Part shown: in pieces, positions 10,084 to 20,758 of the stretch | How positions within the stretch are numbered: position 1 is the first letter of the stretch | Layout: each line of letters opens with the position of its first letter | IMG/VR virus record: IMGVR_UViG_3300044613_003165 | Span: 1-62,716 of that record | Length of the DNA stretch: 62,716 nucleotides | From: a virus | Lineage: Duplodnaviria > Caudoviricetes | Direction: 5' to 3' (one strand) | The notes under the pieces: model-generated | Seen by the model: the letters and a program-made list of their open reading frames with translations, nothing else | What the model was told of the DNA's origin: nothing | The model's database searches: none | Program-made: the position numbers and the translations under genes

Positions 10084-11514
10084 TTATTCCTCAAATCCTA
10101 TAAATTTTTTATTTTCGTCAAATAAAGCAATTTTACCGTCTTTTTGTTTTTGTCTGAACTTGACTGCACTTGTTGAAGTAGCTGCTTTTTGTGCAGAATC
10201 TTTTCTTTCTTTTGCTCTAGCTTGAGCTTCTTCTCTAGCTTGTGCTATTGTTTGAACGGATTCTAAAGTAGGATCTTCAAAATCAGCAAGATCGTCCTGA
10301 CCTAGTAATATAAGGGTGTCGTTTACTGAATATGGTCTTTCTAAAGTTTCGCTCATGTTTCTAGCAAATTGTCGTGCTCTGACTCTAGTAATAACGTTTC
10401 TTCGGTCTTTTGCCATTTCTGTTAGCGTTAGCATAGATGCTTTAATTAATTCAGCATTTTCTTCAGTTAAAGTACCTGTTGCTAATGTCTGTAAAAATTG
10501 AGTAATTCTTGGTACTAAGGCTTTATTTGCAACATATCGAGTAACGTCGGCTTCGGATAAAGCACCTACTTCACCCATAGCTTTAGCTACTTTTACACCA
10601 GCTTGCGCTGCGGCTTGTGGAATTGTTTTTGCTTTTTCTGCAATAACATCAATTTGTTCACCAGCTTTAATTTCTTCATTAACTTTTTCAAGAGCTTTAT
10701 TTACTCCATCCTGAAACTTAGCAGTTCTTTCTGTAGCGTATTGACGACCTTTACGATCTTCTTCTAATTTTCTTTGTGTTAATAGTTCTTGTTGACGTAA
10801 TGCTCTATCTGCTGCTGCACTTCTAGCGGTTTCTTTTCTTGCATCCAACTGTTCTTTTAGTTGTAATACTTTAAAATTATCATCTAATTGTTGAGCAGTC
10901 ATTCGCTCAAAACTAGGAGAACTAGCAAATTCAGGAAAGTTTTGTCTAATTAATTCGCGAGCACGTTTAGATTCTTCACTATTAGGATCTAATAGTTTTT
11001 GTTTATTAGTAAAGTCTAAGCGCTCAGCTTCGGATTTTCTTTGAGTTAGTAATTGTTCTACAGGAAGATTAGCTGATTCAAATAAACTTTTTGCAAATTG
11101 TGATTCATCTAATTTACCTTGATTAAATTGAGTAGCTCCTGATAAAATTTCATTAGCTGCTAAATTAATTCTAGCATCTCTTAAATTTTGATTAGCAAGT
11201 TCTTGAGCTTGTCTTAATTGAACATCACCTAACTCTTGTGGTTTAGTTAGGTCTTGTTCTAGCTCAGTTGGTTGCATTGAGCTTAGATCACGAGTAAGAT
11301 CTCTTACGCCTGGTTGTGTTTGTTTTTGAGGACCGAACTTTTGTAATAGCTTTTGATTTTGGTCATCTTTTTGCATTTGGGCGCGTTCAGCTTCACCAAA
11401 CTTACGAATCTCTTCAAAATACTCATCGCTTAATTGAGGAATGAGTTGTTCTTGAGATAATTCGTCTCTATTTTCAAAATCTAATTCAAAAGGCGATTGT
11501 CCTGGTAAGCGCAT
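10084..11514 (-). CDS. Internal virion / ejection protein
   Basis: Helical Q/E-rich protein in ejection-protein position; GALSEADV motif. Confidence 0.55.
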   Translation of the reverse strand: MRLPGQSPFELDFENRDELSQEQLIPQLSDEYFEEIRKFGEAERAQMQKDDQNQKLLQKFGPQKQTQPGVRDLTRDLSSMQPTELEQDLTKPQELGDVQLRQAQELANQNLRDARINLAANEILSGATQFNQGKLDESQFAKSLFESANLPVEQLLTQRKSEAERLDFTNKQKLLDPNSEESKRARELIRQNFPEFASSPSFERMTAQQLDDNFKVLQLKEQLDARKETARSAAADRALRQQELLTQRKLEEDRKGRQYATERTAKFQDGVNKALEKVNEEIKAGEQIDVIAEKAKTIPQAAAQAGVKVAKAMGEVGALSEADVTRYVANKALVPRITQFLQTLATGTLTEENAELIKASMLTLTEMAKDRRNVITRVRARQFARNMSETLERPYSVNDTLILLGQDDLADFEDPTLESVQTIAQAREEAQARAKERKDSAQKAATSTSAVKFRQKQKDGKIALFDENKKFIGFEE

Positions 11515-11517
11515 AAT

Positions 11518-12621
11518 TTAGCTCTCAAATCCTCGTGTTAATTTAGCGTTTTGATTAGCTTTTTCTTTTTCTTCATCAGTTAATTCACTAATTTCTAAAT
11601 TAGATCTAGGAGTTTTAGATGTCGAAAATGGGTTTAGCTTTTTTAAATCGGTATTAGCTAATAGATCGCCTGCTCCGCTTACTACTCTAGAAATACCACT
11701 TGTGCGGTTAGCTCGGCGAGTATCCGCTACTCGTCCTCCAGTAACACGAAGATCGCCAACTTCCCTAGCTTTAGCTAACCTGGCGTCATAATTTCTAGCA
11801 ATAGCATCGGCCATATTATCTCGTTCCCTGTTAGATAAATTTACGTTTTTATCTAATAAATCTTGACGTTGTTCTAAATTGAGTTGTAGTGCAGCATTTC
11901 TACGATTAACGTTAGAACCTGCTGTATCTTGTTGATTACTTACGTTAAATCTATTAATAGCGTCTTGTTGAGCGGCTACGTTTTCTTGTCGTCTGATGTC
12001 CTCTTGTGACATAGCGCCTGCTTGTTGACGTAGGTTAAGAATAGCAGATCGACGAGCTTGCTCTGATCTAGCTGCTGCATCTAGAGCGGCTTGGCGTTGA
12101 GCTTCCGCTGCTTGTTGTTGTGCCATTTGTCTTTGCACTAATTCATCCCCTGCACTTAATGTACCACGTGCAGCTAAATTTTGCAAGATAGCGCCTTGTT
12201 GACCGCGATTTCTTTGGTCTGCTTGACCTAGAGCTTGGTCTAGTGCTGCTCGGCTTTCTAGTGTAATTCCGGTGGATTCGGCTTCTCGACGAATGCCTTC
12301 AATAGCCCTTCGCTGTAAATCCCTTAATTCAGGATCTTCTTCTACCTTTTTAAGTTCAGTATCGGCTAAGGTAAAGGTTTGTTCTAGTTCGGGGGTTAGT
12401 TCGCCTGCTGATTGGTAACGTTGATAGGTAGCGGCTAAAGCTTCAGCCGGAGGTACACCTACCTTAATTAAATCATTTACAGCCTTTTCAATAGCTTCTT
12501 CTTGTTTGCTTTTCTTTTTATTACCAAACAAGTTAAAAGCTGCTCCGGCTAATTTAACTCCTACTCCTAAAGCTGGGTTAATTAAACTTGCCCCTGTTGC
12601 TACAGCATCTTCTATTGCCAT
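11518..12621 (-). CDS. Internal virion / DNA pilot-like protein
   Basis: Gly/Ala N-terminus, Q/A/N-rich coiled coil, LAARG motif. Confidence 0.55.
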   Translation of the reverse strand: MAIEDAVATGASLINPALGVGVKLAGAAFNLFGNKKKSKQEEAIEKAVNDLIKVGVPPAEALAATYQRYQSAGELTPELEQTFTLADTELKKVEEDPELRDLQRRAIEGIRREAESTGITLESRAALDQALGQADQRNRGQQGAILQNLAARGTLSAGDELVQRQMAQQQAAEAQRQAALDAAARSEQARRSAILNLRQQAGAMSQEDIRRQENVAAQQDAINRFNVSNQQDTAGSNVNRRNAALQLNLEQRQDLLDKNVNLSNRERDNMADAIARNYDARLAKAREVGDLRVTGGRVADTRRANRTSGISRVVSGAGDLLANTDLKKLNPFSTSKTPRSNLEISELTDEEKEKANQNAKLTRGFES

Positions 12622-12622
12622 T

Positions 12623-14287
12623 TTATTGTCTTCCTATTCGGCTAATAATGTCACGTCTTTGTTGATTTCTATTAATTTGATCTAAGTTACGTAAAGTAGA
12701 GTTTCGTGCGTCAGCGAATACTCTATTTTGTTCATCTATTAAATTAAAAAGTCTGTTTTGGTCGACATTTGTAAATTGTCCGCTATCCGAAAACCCATCA
12801 TCATTTTTTTGTTTTTTTCTAAGATCTGAAATTTCTTTTTCTCGTCTTGTAAATCGTTCTTTAGCTAAAGGATCTAAAATATTAATAACCGCTTCTCTCT
12901 GTTGTTGGTTAGCTACTCCGCTGGCTGGTATGCTCGCTATTAAATTAGCTGTTTCTGGGCTTTGGTTAAATAAGTTTACTATGGCGTCCCTTTGGAATGG
13001 CTCGCCTGTTCTAACATAGTCTTCAAAATTAGCTCCGCCTTGTAGTCCTGCTAGATTTTGTTCGGCTAATGCTAACTGTTGAGTAAAGCTGTCACTTAGT
13101 CCTCTTTGTACCCCTGGACCTTGATCTTGGAATTGAATCTGTTCGCCTTCGCCTGCTAAATTAGCTAAAGCGTTTAATTGTTCCGCTGCTGTTCTATCGA
13201 AGTTAGCTCTAGATGCTTTTTGTACGTTTTGAGCAAAACCTAACCTAATTTGATCGTCAGTTAAACCTAGACCTCTTAAACGATTAATAGCTGATACATC
13301 ACCGAATTGACCTGATAATAACTGGTTAAATTCATCCTGGCTAATTTCGGCGGCATCGGCCTCAAGCTCAGTATTTCTAGCTTCTATTTCTCGATCTAAC
13401 TGTGTACCTCTAGTACCTAAACCTTCAATAACTTGTCTACGTAAATCTGCTCTTTGAGTTTCTAATTCACCGCTTACTTGACCAGATTGACGACGAGATT
13501 CTTCTAATTCTCGATTAATTCTAGAATCAAGACCACGAGCTTCTGTGGCTGTCTTTTGTAAAGCTCTAGCGGCTTCAGGACCAGATTGACCAACTAATAG
13601 GTTATCTAGTCGTTGTTGGCCCCTAGAGTACCCTTGGCGTCCAAATAGCTGCTGTAATGCACCAAATCGACCTGTTTCAGTTTGAGCGGCGTTTGAAATA
13701 GCTTGCGCGTCTTGACGACTACGTTCAATTTCTGATAAGTTACCTAACTCTTCAGGAGCTTGAAACTCTTGTTGTGTAGCTTGTCGAACTTGTTCAGCGG
13801 CTTCCGCTACGTTAGTTGGTTGCTCTTGTTTTTGAGTAAGTTGAGCTAATCCAGCTTGAGCCTGTTGTCCTGCTTGTAGTTGGCGCTGCCTTTGATCTTC
13901 TAGTTGTTGACCAAACTGTTCTTTACTTTGATCGACTTGTTGACCGGCTTGTTGAGTTTTTACGCCTACTTTTTGAGCAAAGCGTTGACCAAATGCGCCT
14001 TCTGGGGTTTGATTAGCTCTAATAAAATTCTGTAAATTAGTAAATCTACCAGAACTTCTTTGTGATTGCGGTTTGGGTGCTCCGGCTTGTTGAGGTTGTG
14101 CTGCTGGTGTACCGGCTTGCACATTAGCTGATTCTGCTCTATTTGTAACAGGGGCTTGTTGCTGCTGTTGTGCCTGGTTTTGTTGGGGTTGTTGTGCAGA
14201 ATTAAGGGGGTTCTGTTGTGCAGAATTAAGGGGGTTCTGTTGTGAACCTCCTTGAGACTGATCTTCATTTCTTTCAACTACAGGCAT
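12623..14287 (-). CDS. Gln-rich internal virion protein
   Basis: Low-complexity Q-rich N-terminus, SGRFTNLQNFIRAN, GYSRGQQRLD; late motif upstream. Confidence 0.5.
   Translation of the reverse strand: MPVVERNEDQSQGGSQQNPLNSAQQNPLNSAQQPQQNQAQQQQQAPVTNRAESANVQAGTPAAQPQQAGAPKPQSQRSSGRFTNLQNFIRANQTPEGAFGQRFAQKVGVKTQQAGQQVDQSKEQFGQQLEDQRQRQLQAGQQAQAGLAQLTQKQEQPTNVAEAAEQVRQATQQEFQAPEELGNLSEIERSRQDAQAISNAAQTETGRFGALQQLFGRQGYSRGQQRLDNLLVGQSGPEAARALQKTATEARGLDSRINRELEESRRQSGQVSGELETQRADLRRQVIEGLGTRGTQLDREIEARNTELEADAAEISQDEFNQLLSGQFGDVSAINRLRGLGLTDDQIRLGFAQNVQKASRANFDRTAAEQLNALANLAGEGEQIQFQDQGPGVQRGLSDSFTQQLALAEQNLAGLQGGANFEDYVRTGEPFQRDAIVNLFNQSPETANLIASIPASGVANQQQREAVINILDPLAKERFTRREKEISDLRKKQKNDDGFSDSGQFTNVDQNRLFNLIDEQNRVFADARNSTLRNLDQINRNQQRRDIISRIGRQ
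14190..14244. repeat. 24-bp tandem repeat (about 2.3 copies) encoding QQNPLNSA
   Basis: TGTTGTGCAGAATTAAGGGGGTTC x2 plus a partial copy. Confidence 0.9.
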
Positions 14288-14326
14288 TTTTGTCTAACCC
14301 CTTGATATAATAATATTTGTTAATCG

Positions 14327-14725
14327 TTAAGCAAAAAAGACTATCCTTAAACGGTACTGATTACCTTCGGTTAACCCTGTGATATTATTAATGATAAGTT
14401 GTCCTTGACCGTTGGTAAATTGAACAAATGGACTAGTTTCTAAAATTTCATTAGGGTTAGTTAGACTATCTACCCTTAAAACCTGAGCGCCAGTAATAGG
14501 TGAAGGTAGGGTATTTCTTACAGTAGTACCTGCTCCATTTCCTATAACAGAAATAGTTACATCTAAGGCTTGGAAATTATCATTAAAGTTTAGGTTTTTA
14601 TTAAAAGCAAAACTTACTGATTCTATAAACTGGTTAATAATATAAAAAAACCCGCTAACTAGATCGTTATACTTGGGTGGATAATCCTCAACAATAAGGC
14701 GTCTAGGAGAGTTTAGTTTTGCCAT
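14327..14725 (-). CDS. Virion structural protein
   Basis: Coupled to nozzle gene; beta-rich C-terminus. Confidence 0.5.
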   Translation of the reverse strand: MAKLNSPRRLIVEDYPPKYNDLVSGFFYIINQFIESVSFAFNKNLNFNDNFQALDVTISVIGNGAGTTVRNTLPSPITGAQVLRVDSLTNPNEILETSPFVQFTNGQGQLIINNITGLTEGNQYRLRIVFFA

Positions 14726-17700
14726 TATCTATTAACTCTTTGAATAATAGGATCAAATGTTAAAGATAGTCCTACCATTCGATAGCCTTCAAAAGCTCTT
14801 TTGTGTTCAAATCTAGGTTCTAGGAATCGGCATTTTTGTTTTTCTCTTGGTACGTAGGTTCTAAACGCTCTTGGTTCTTCCACGCTACCCCAAGAATCAT
14901 TGCCCCATTCAATATTACCCCATCCACCAGCCGTATTCGATTGAAATTCTACTTTTTGGAATCCGTATAATAAATCTGATCTAAAACTTAAATCTACTCT
15001 ATTTGATTCAATGCTACTGAACATTAAATTAGCTTCGTAGTATTGTTTAAGTATTGAAGGATCGCCAGAATGTTGAGGTGCCCAAGTAACTCTAGTTAAT
15101 ATGTGATTATAAAATGTAGCAGAGGCTACGTCCCAATCTAATTCATTTTCTACTGTAATAGTGCTTGTTGTTGTATTAATTTCTATTACGTTTGTTTCTA
15201 GTTGTGTAGTCGAACTAGAGGTTTGGTAATTGTTAAAAGCAACGACGCTATCTATATTAAGTTTATTTACTATAATATTAAAGTCGCTTTGTATAGCAGT
15301 TGGTGTAGTGCCTAGGCTCATTGAAGAATAGTAGTTTGTAAACTGTAAGCCGTCAGTATCTAATTTTTGTGCTAGTTGGTTTAGTTTTGTTCTTAACTGA
15401 CTTTTTGTTGTTACAATAAGAGTGCTCACAAAGTCACTCGATGCTACTCCTGGATCTGTGTCTAGTTTAGCAAGTAGAGTATTAAACTTAAACGGTGTTA
15501 AATACACAGTTTGTGTAAACATATCGCCTACTTTTAAATTAGCTAAAATAGTAAGAGTTAATAGTTTACCGTTGGCGGCGGTTATATTCGTAGTATATTC
15601 CCTATCGGCAAAATCTCGGTAAGTATAGCTTTTTCTTTCTTGCTCAATAAAGTTAGTATCTCCAGCACCTAAGTATAGCTTATCGTCAGCAGAGTTAACT
15701 ATACCGCATGTTTTTTCAATGGGAAATCTTGTCCAGGCATTTGTTACTGTATTAAATACATAACACTGTGTAGCATTTACGTCAGAGTTTTGTTCTACCG
15801 TCCATAAATGATACTGTCTAGCTGTAGTGTAGTACAATCCAAAAGTAGCTTTTTTAAAATTAGTAAATAAAGGAGAAAACAATGGTGTTATTTTATCCTC
15901 AATGTTTGAAGATACAATACTTGATCCAGTATCGCTAACTCTAACTATACCTTGATCCGCCAGCATATAAATTTGATTGTTACCTACCGCTACACTTTCT
16001 GGTGCTACGAGTATTGTGGAATTATCAAATAAACTATCCGATAAAGAAAATACAGAATCGCCTATAATTCTATATATACCATCTTCTTTAAATACGAATA
16101 AACTATCTCTTAGTGGTACTATTCTTAAAATAGCGCTATCTTTACCGCCAATATCTCGATAATTAGGTGTGGGTACTGCCTCTGGTTGTTGAAATTTAGA
16201 GAAGTAGATCCTGTTGGGTTTTACTTCATTGTCAGATATGTTAGCGTTTCCAGTAACCGGAATGGCTGGGGAAAATTCGTCGCCTGTTGCTGTGCTATTG
16301 GCATTTAAATGAAAAGCCGCTGTATCTAGATTTCTTGCAAATATGCGAATAAGTCCAGGAACGTCATCTACTCCTGATTCGTAAGACGCGTATAAAAAGA
16401 TATTAGCTGTATATCTATTAATTACTTTAACTAGGCTTCTTGCGGTTTCGTCTACTTGTTGGGCAGGTGTAGCTAAAGGATCAGGTAGTTTTACTACGCC
16501 CGATGGTGCATTTTCGATTGCATTAAAAGTTATAGTAAAATTTAATAAACCACTCGTAAATGTAATAGTAGAACTTGATGTAAAAGTATCGGCACTAACC
16601 ATTGAAATATTTAAAAAGTGCGGTGTTTTTGTATTAGCGTAAAATAACGAATTTTTATAAATACCGATATCTTTAGCAAAAGGAGGAGGTTGGTTTGCCT
16701 GTTGTATACCTTCTTGGTTAGGATTAGTATACAAATCGGCTCCTCTAAAATCATCTGGGGTTATATCAGTAACCGTTACTAGTTTATTAGTAATTTGTGT
16801 AGATGTAGGATTGTCCTCAAGAACTAGTTGTAACTCGTCTCCTGGATCAATGTCTAATCCGCCTGATTGGGCTGATCTATAAATTTGATAGAAGTGATCG
16901 GTAGTTATACCTTCTGGTATAGTAAAATTAACATCAACATTTCTTGATTTTTCAGATATTAGAAAGTTACCTGCTGTTTGAGCGGCAGTTGCAATTTTAA
17001 CCGTGGGTTCGTCATTTAGCGTTGCTACTATTTCATCAAAGAATTCTTGTTGTTGTAAATAGTCTGGTTGATTGTTTTCTGTTGGGACTGGGTACTTTCT
17101 TTGAATCCCGCTTGCCCAAGTACCTGCTGCTGTACCCGCTACTGTTGTAGTAACAGGAATGGTAAATGTTGTAGGGGATGCTACTGTGACAGTATATTCA
17201 CCTACTAATTGAGGTATGCTATTGGTGCCCGCTAAAACTACTTTGTCCCCTGATTGCATACCATGCGCGGCGCTGGTTGTAACTAACGCATTAGAAGCTG
17301 CGCTAATTGAACTAACGCTACCATTTCTACCGTAACGCGCTTGTGTTATATAATTTAAATCGTTTTCTATTTTAGTAGCTAATTGTTTTAATCTAGCATT
17401 AAATGTAGCTGCTGTATCGTTAGTATTAAGTGCTGTAATTGTACTTGCGTAATTTGTATCCGATAATTCATCTACTAAAGAAACTGGTGCCGCTGTATCT
17501 AATTTAGTTCTTAGTGTGTTAAAATTGTTAGCTAGTAACTCATTAATTCCTAAGCCCACTACTACTCGATTAGAAGGTGCTCCTAGTATTAGGTTATTGT
17601 TCCTATCTTTAAATCCCCAAACTACTCTATAGGCTACTTGATTATTATTTTGTAAAAATCCACTAATCCCAGTAGAAATAGATGCTTCTGTGTCTAGGGC

Positions 17701-18117
17701 TATTTTACCGCCAGGATTTTGAATAGCAGTATCAATTTGATCTAGTTTTTTAATACCGCTAGAAGTGGTCATGTAGAAATTACCGTTAATCTCTACGCCT
17801 CTAATTTTGAGATTGGTATCTGGTTCACTATAAGTACCTGAATAGCTAGTAAATGTACCGCCTGGGTTACTATCATACTGAAGCACGTTAGCGTAATGTC
17901 TAATTAAACGTTTTTGGTAAACTAATAATTGTTTAGCTCTGCTAGTAGCATTACCCATAGAGTTTGCGTAGGTTTTAAACCCTCGCCTCGGTTCAGCTAC
18001 ATCATCCGCATTAATAACGATATTATCTGCTTCAATTAGCGCACCATCGGGAACCGAGCCTAAATTGTTGGGCTCAGTTACTAAGCCTTTAACCTTTAGG
18101 TTTACTGACTGAGGCAT
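14725..18117 (-). CDS. Tail nozzle / tubular protein B (T7 gp12 / P22 gp10-like) with inserted domains
   Basis: N-terminal GL...P...PDGAL.EADN; NRIYFSK, SLFVFKEDGIYRI beta-propeller motifs; C-terminal GWG..WG...WG; follows adaptor. Confidence 0.7.
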   Translation of the reverse strand: MPQSVNLKVKGLVTEPNNLGSVPDGALIEADNIVINADDVAEPRRGFKTYANSMGNATSRAKQLLVYQKRLIRHYANVLQYDSNPGGTFTSYSGTYSEPDTNLKIRGVEINGNFYMTTSSGIKKLDQIDTAIQNPGGKIALDTEASISTGISGFLQNNNQVAYRVVWGFKDRNNNLILGAPSNRVVVGLGINELLANNFNTLRTKLDTAAPVSLVDELSDTNYASTITALNTNDTAATFNARLKQLATKIENDLNYITQARYGRNGSVSSISAASNALVTTSAAHGMQSGDKVVLAGTNSIPQLVGEYTVTVASPTTFTIPVTTTVAGTAAGTWASGIQRKYPVPTENNQPDYLQQQEFFDEIVATLNDEPTVKIATAAQTAGNFLISEKSRNVDVNFTIPEGITTDHFYQIYRSAQSGGLDIDPGDELQLVLEDNPTSTQITNKLVTVTDITPDDFRGADLYTNPNQEGIQQANQPPPFAKDIGIYKNSLFYANTKTPHFLNISMVSADTFTSSSTITFTSGLLNFTITFNAIENAPSGVVKLPDPLATPAQQVDETARSLVKVINRYTANIFLYASYESGVDDVPGLIRIFARNLDTAAFHLNANSTATGDEFSPAIPVTGNANISDNEVKPNRIYFSKFQQPEAVPTPNYRDIGGKDSAILRIVPLRDSLFVFKEDGIYRIIGDSVFSLSDSLFDNSTILVAPESVAVGNNQIYMLADQGIVRVSDTGSSIVSSNIEDKITPLFSPLFTNFKKATFGLYYTTARQYHLWTVEQNSDVNATQCYVFNTVTNAWTRFPIEKTCGIVNSADDKLYLGAGDTNFIEQERKSYTYRDFADREYTTNITAANGKLLTLTILANLKVGDMFTQTVYLTPFKFNTLLAKLDTDPGVASSDFVSTLIVTTKSQLRTKLNQLAQKLDTDGLQFTNYYSSMSLGTTPTAIQSDFNIIVNKLNIDSVVAFNNYQTSSSTTQLETNVIEINTTTSTITVENELDWDVASATFYNHILTRVTWAPQHSGDPSILKQYYEANLMFSSIESNRVDLSFRSDLLYGFQKVEFQSNTAGGWGNIEWGNDSWGSVEEPRAFRTYVPREKQKCRFLEPRFEHKRAFEGYRMVGLSLTFDPIIQRVNR

Positions 18118-18119
18118 TG

Positions 18120-19082
18120 TTAGGGCCTCCCTCTATTGCTCCAAATAACCTTAGATCGACGCATTAGACCGTTTACGTTATTAATCTTTTGAGGATTACC
18201 TTCGGTTCGAGTGTCAATCATTGAGAATAACATAGACTGCATTTCGTCTAGTTTTTTTAATGCTGCTGATAAGTTGTTTAAATCGCCCATAGCTTCTAAA
18301 ATACGACATGCTACCGCTTGTGCTAAAAAGGGCCTTAGCTCAACTGGGATTTGAGGAACAATACATTCACCAGCAGAAGCAATATGATCTCCGATTTGAA
18401 GTTCACTAGGAATGTCTGCTGGATCTAAAGTAATCTGTTTAGTTGTAGGGTTTACACTAACAACGTTAACATCAAACTTGTAATTCTTAAAATTAGATTT
18501 ATTTTGTAAAAAATCTACCTTTGAACTAGCGGTAATGTTAGACGGAAAGGTTACATTATTAATGGTAATTACGCCTGTAGTTGTGTTAATTCCGCTAATA
18601 ATACCTACTCGTTTTGGTTCTACTAGTCTATTAGGTCTTAGGTAATAGCTTAAGCCTAGTTTGCCCCCGCCTACTTCGCCTACTAATACTACGTCGTTAT
18701 TTTTTAAATAAAACGCAGCAAATCCTAAGCTGTTCGAATAATTAGAATATTGGAAATTATCAATTTGTTCGGGTTGTAATCGAGTAAGGGATAGCTTATT
18801 ATTTTGATCGTCAGATAAACGATAAGCTTCTCTAAGCTTAGCACCTACTGCTCGATAAGGAATTTCGTAGTTTTGTTTACCTTGTTCAATGCTGTATTCA
18901 GCTTCGGTAACGTAAAATTCTTCTTTAACTTTTAAAATATTAGGAACTACTTTTAGATCCATTTCTTCGTTAGCGAACATAAGAATTTCGCTATCTTTGA
19001 ACGTAATTTGAGAAGCAGGGACCATTGCCCTTACTTTAATAGATTCTAAAAGGTCGGTTACTGTAAAATCAAATCCGGCCAT
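18120..19082 (-). CDS. Head-tail adaptor / tubular protein A
   Basis: TVTDLLESIKVR...EILMFANEE; C-terminal IPVELRPFLAQAVACRIL helix. Confidence 0.65.
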   Translation of the reverse strand: MAGFDFTVTDLLESIKVRAMVPASQITFKDSEILMFANEEMDLKVVPNILKVKEEFYVTEAEYSIEQGKQNYEIPYRAVGAKLREAYRLSDDQNNKLSLTRLQPEQIDNFQYSNYSNSLGFAAFYLKNNDVVLVGEVGGGKLGLSYYLRPNRLVEPKRVGIISGINTTTGVITINNVTFPSNITASSKVDFLQNKSNFKNYKFDVNVVSVNPTTKQITLDPADIPSELQIGDHIASAGECIVPQIPVELRPFLAQAVACRILEAMGDLNNLSAALKKLDEMQSMLFSMIDTRTEGNPQKINNVNGLMRRSKVIWSNRGRP

Positions 19083-19107
19083 TATTTTCTCCTACTGTTA
19101 TAGGAGC

Positions 19108-19452
19108 TTAGGCCATCTTTTTTTTAGCCTTAAGAAGCTCCCGCATTTTTTCCATATCATCGCCGGATTCTTCATCTTCGGCCATCATTTCTTCAGGCAT
19201 TTCTTCTTCCATGCCTTCTTTTTCTTCAGCTTCTTCCATTTCTTCTACTGGCTCGGCTTTTACTTCAATTTCAATAATGCCTTTTTTGCCAAGATCTTCC
19301 ATCATCATTTCTTGTGCAAATTTCTTAAGATCCATAAGCACGTCTTTCATGGCTTGTTTTTTGCCATCAGACATAGCTGGCATTTCTTTAGCTCCGGCTT
19401 TTAAAAGTTTTTTCATATCCATACACATATCTTCCTTATAATTAAGCGCCAA
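19108..19452 (-). CDS. Acidic Met/Glu-rich small protein
   Basis: ORF in late operon; strong compositional bias. Confidence 0.5.
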   Translation of the reverse strand: MALNYKEDMCMDMKKLLKAGAKEMPAMSDGKKQAMKDVLMDLKKFAQEMMMEDLGKKGIIEIEVKAEPVEEMEEAEEKEGMEEEMPEEMMAEDEESGDDMEKMRELLKAKKKMA

Positions 19453-19969
19453 AACGTAGAAGTTGTTGTACTGAAGAACCTCCAGCTAAACGAGCAGCAC
19501 TTACTGAGATGTCAGCGCCAGTTTCAGTAAGAGTTACTGCGTTTCCTGCCGGACCTGGAATTTTAGCGGTTAAGGTAACTACCGGACCCGCTACACTAGC
19601 AGAAACGTGATCTGCAACTAAAGGACTAGTTGACGCTTGAATAGCTGCCGCTAGGTTAGCCGCCGAAGCTGCTTGGTTAGCTCCTGGTACGAATTGGTTA
19701 GCTGCTGGAGAAGAAGCGACACAAAGGAAAGATACTCCGTTAATAACGACTGTATCACCTGCTGTAGCTGCTGCTGCAAAGGTAACTGTAGCACTTGCTG
19801 CCACTGGAGCTACTTCTAAAAGAACGGTTCCTTCATAAGAACCGGCTAACATACCTTTTAGGTTATTAATTGCTCCTTGAACTGCAAATGTAGGGCCTTT
19901 ACCATTAAGCATTTCTTCAAGAATCTGAGTTTGAAGTTCGTTGTCGATAAATAAACGAAAAGATGACAT
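19442..19969 (-). CDS. Virion structural protein (Ala-rich beta domain)
   Basis: AGDTVVING...AANLAAAI...VVTLTAK.PG.AGN pattern; own late motif and SD AAGGAG. Confidence 0.55.
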   Translation of the reverse strand: MSSFRLFIDNELQTQILEEMLNGKGPTFAVQGAINNLKGMLAGSYEGTVLLEVAPVAASATVTFAAAATAGDTVVINGVSFLCVASSPAANQFVPGANQAASAANLAAAIQASTSPLVADHVSASVAGPVVTLTAKIPGPAGNAVTLTETGADISVSAARLAGGSSVQQLLRFGA

Positions 19970-20006
19970 TTTAGTATTCTCCTTAAATTATACAATTATT
20001 TGTTAA

Positions 20007-20219
20007 CTATTCTAATGACTTAGTATCTTTACCTAAACTTAACCTACGACCAAAATAAAGGCCGGAAGTAGTCATAAATAGGGTTTCAAAAACACTAGTA
20101 GTTTTAACCATTTGGAAGATTTCTAGGGCTCCTACTATAACTAATCCTAAAAAAGACACTACTAGTAGGGTTAAACTAACGGACGGCTCTTTGGTTTTAG
20201 GATCAGAAATCCACTTCAT
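20007..20219 (-). CDS. Two-TM holin-like protein
   Basis: Two hydrophobic helices, YFGRR, charged C-terminus. Confidence 0.55.
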   Translation of the reverse strand: MKWISDPKTKEPSVSLTLLVVSFLGLVIVGALEIFQMVKTTSVFETLFMTTSGLYFGRRLSLGKDTKSLE

Positions 20220-20227
20220 ATTGCTCC

Positions 20228-20755
20228 TTAGATGTCAATTTGGCTAAAGATTTTAGCGTCTTTTAGTGTTCTTGCTGTTGTTGTTCCGGTAGCGTGATCG
20301 TTAACATTTTCTGTCCAAACTTGATCTACCATATCAGGAATATCTGCTGGAGTAAGAACTCTTGTAGGGTTTACTCCTTGGCTAATAGCCGATAATGACG
20401 CCAGAGTTGTGCTTTGATTGCCTAATGGATCTCTTGCTCTAATTCCTATAAAATAGGTTTGTCCGTTAAGTAACAGGGTATTGTCTGCTAAAGTAAAAAT
20501 ATAAATAGATAGTTTATTTGTACTTAGAGCTAGATTAGTTGAAGAAAATAACCCTGTTGCTGTTGTTGGTTGTATGTAAACGTCATAATAAATAGGGTTA
20601 GACGCATCGGTAGCTGCTAACCATGTTGCTAATATAGAGCCGTTTAATTGTGCGGAAATTGTTGCTATTCCGGCAAAAGTAGGTGACGTAGTGTCTACTA
20701 CACAAGCCTGGGAAGTTGGTGCGTAAACATTTCCGCTTACTAAAATATTAGCCAT
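20228..20755 (-). CDS. Fibronectin type III-like virion protein
   Basis: DTTSPTF...W.AATD...Y.VY...TYFIGIRARD..GNQS. Confidence 0.65.
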   Translation of the reverse strand: MANILVSGNVYAPTSQACVVDTTSPTFAGIATISAQLNGSILATWLAATDASNPIYYDVYIQPTTATGLFSSTNLALSTNKLSIYIFTLADNTLLLNGQTYFIGIRARDPLGNQSTTLASLSAISQGVNPTRVLTPADIPDMVDQVWTENVNDHATGTTTARTLKDAKIFSQIDI

Positions 20756-20758
20756 TTA

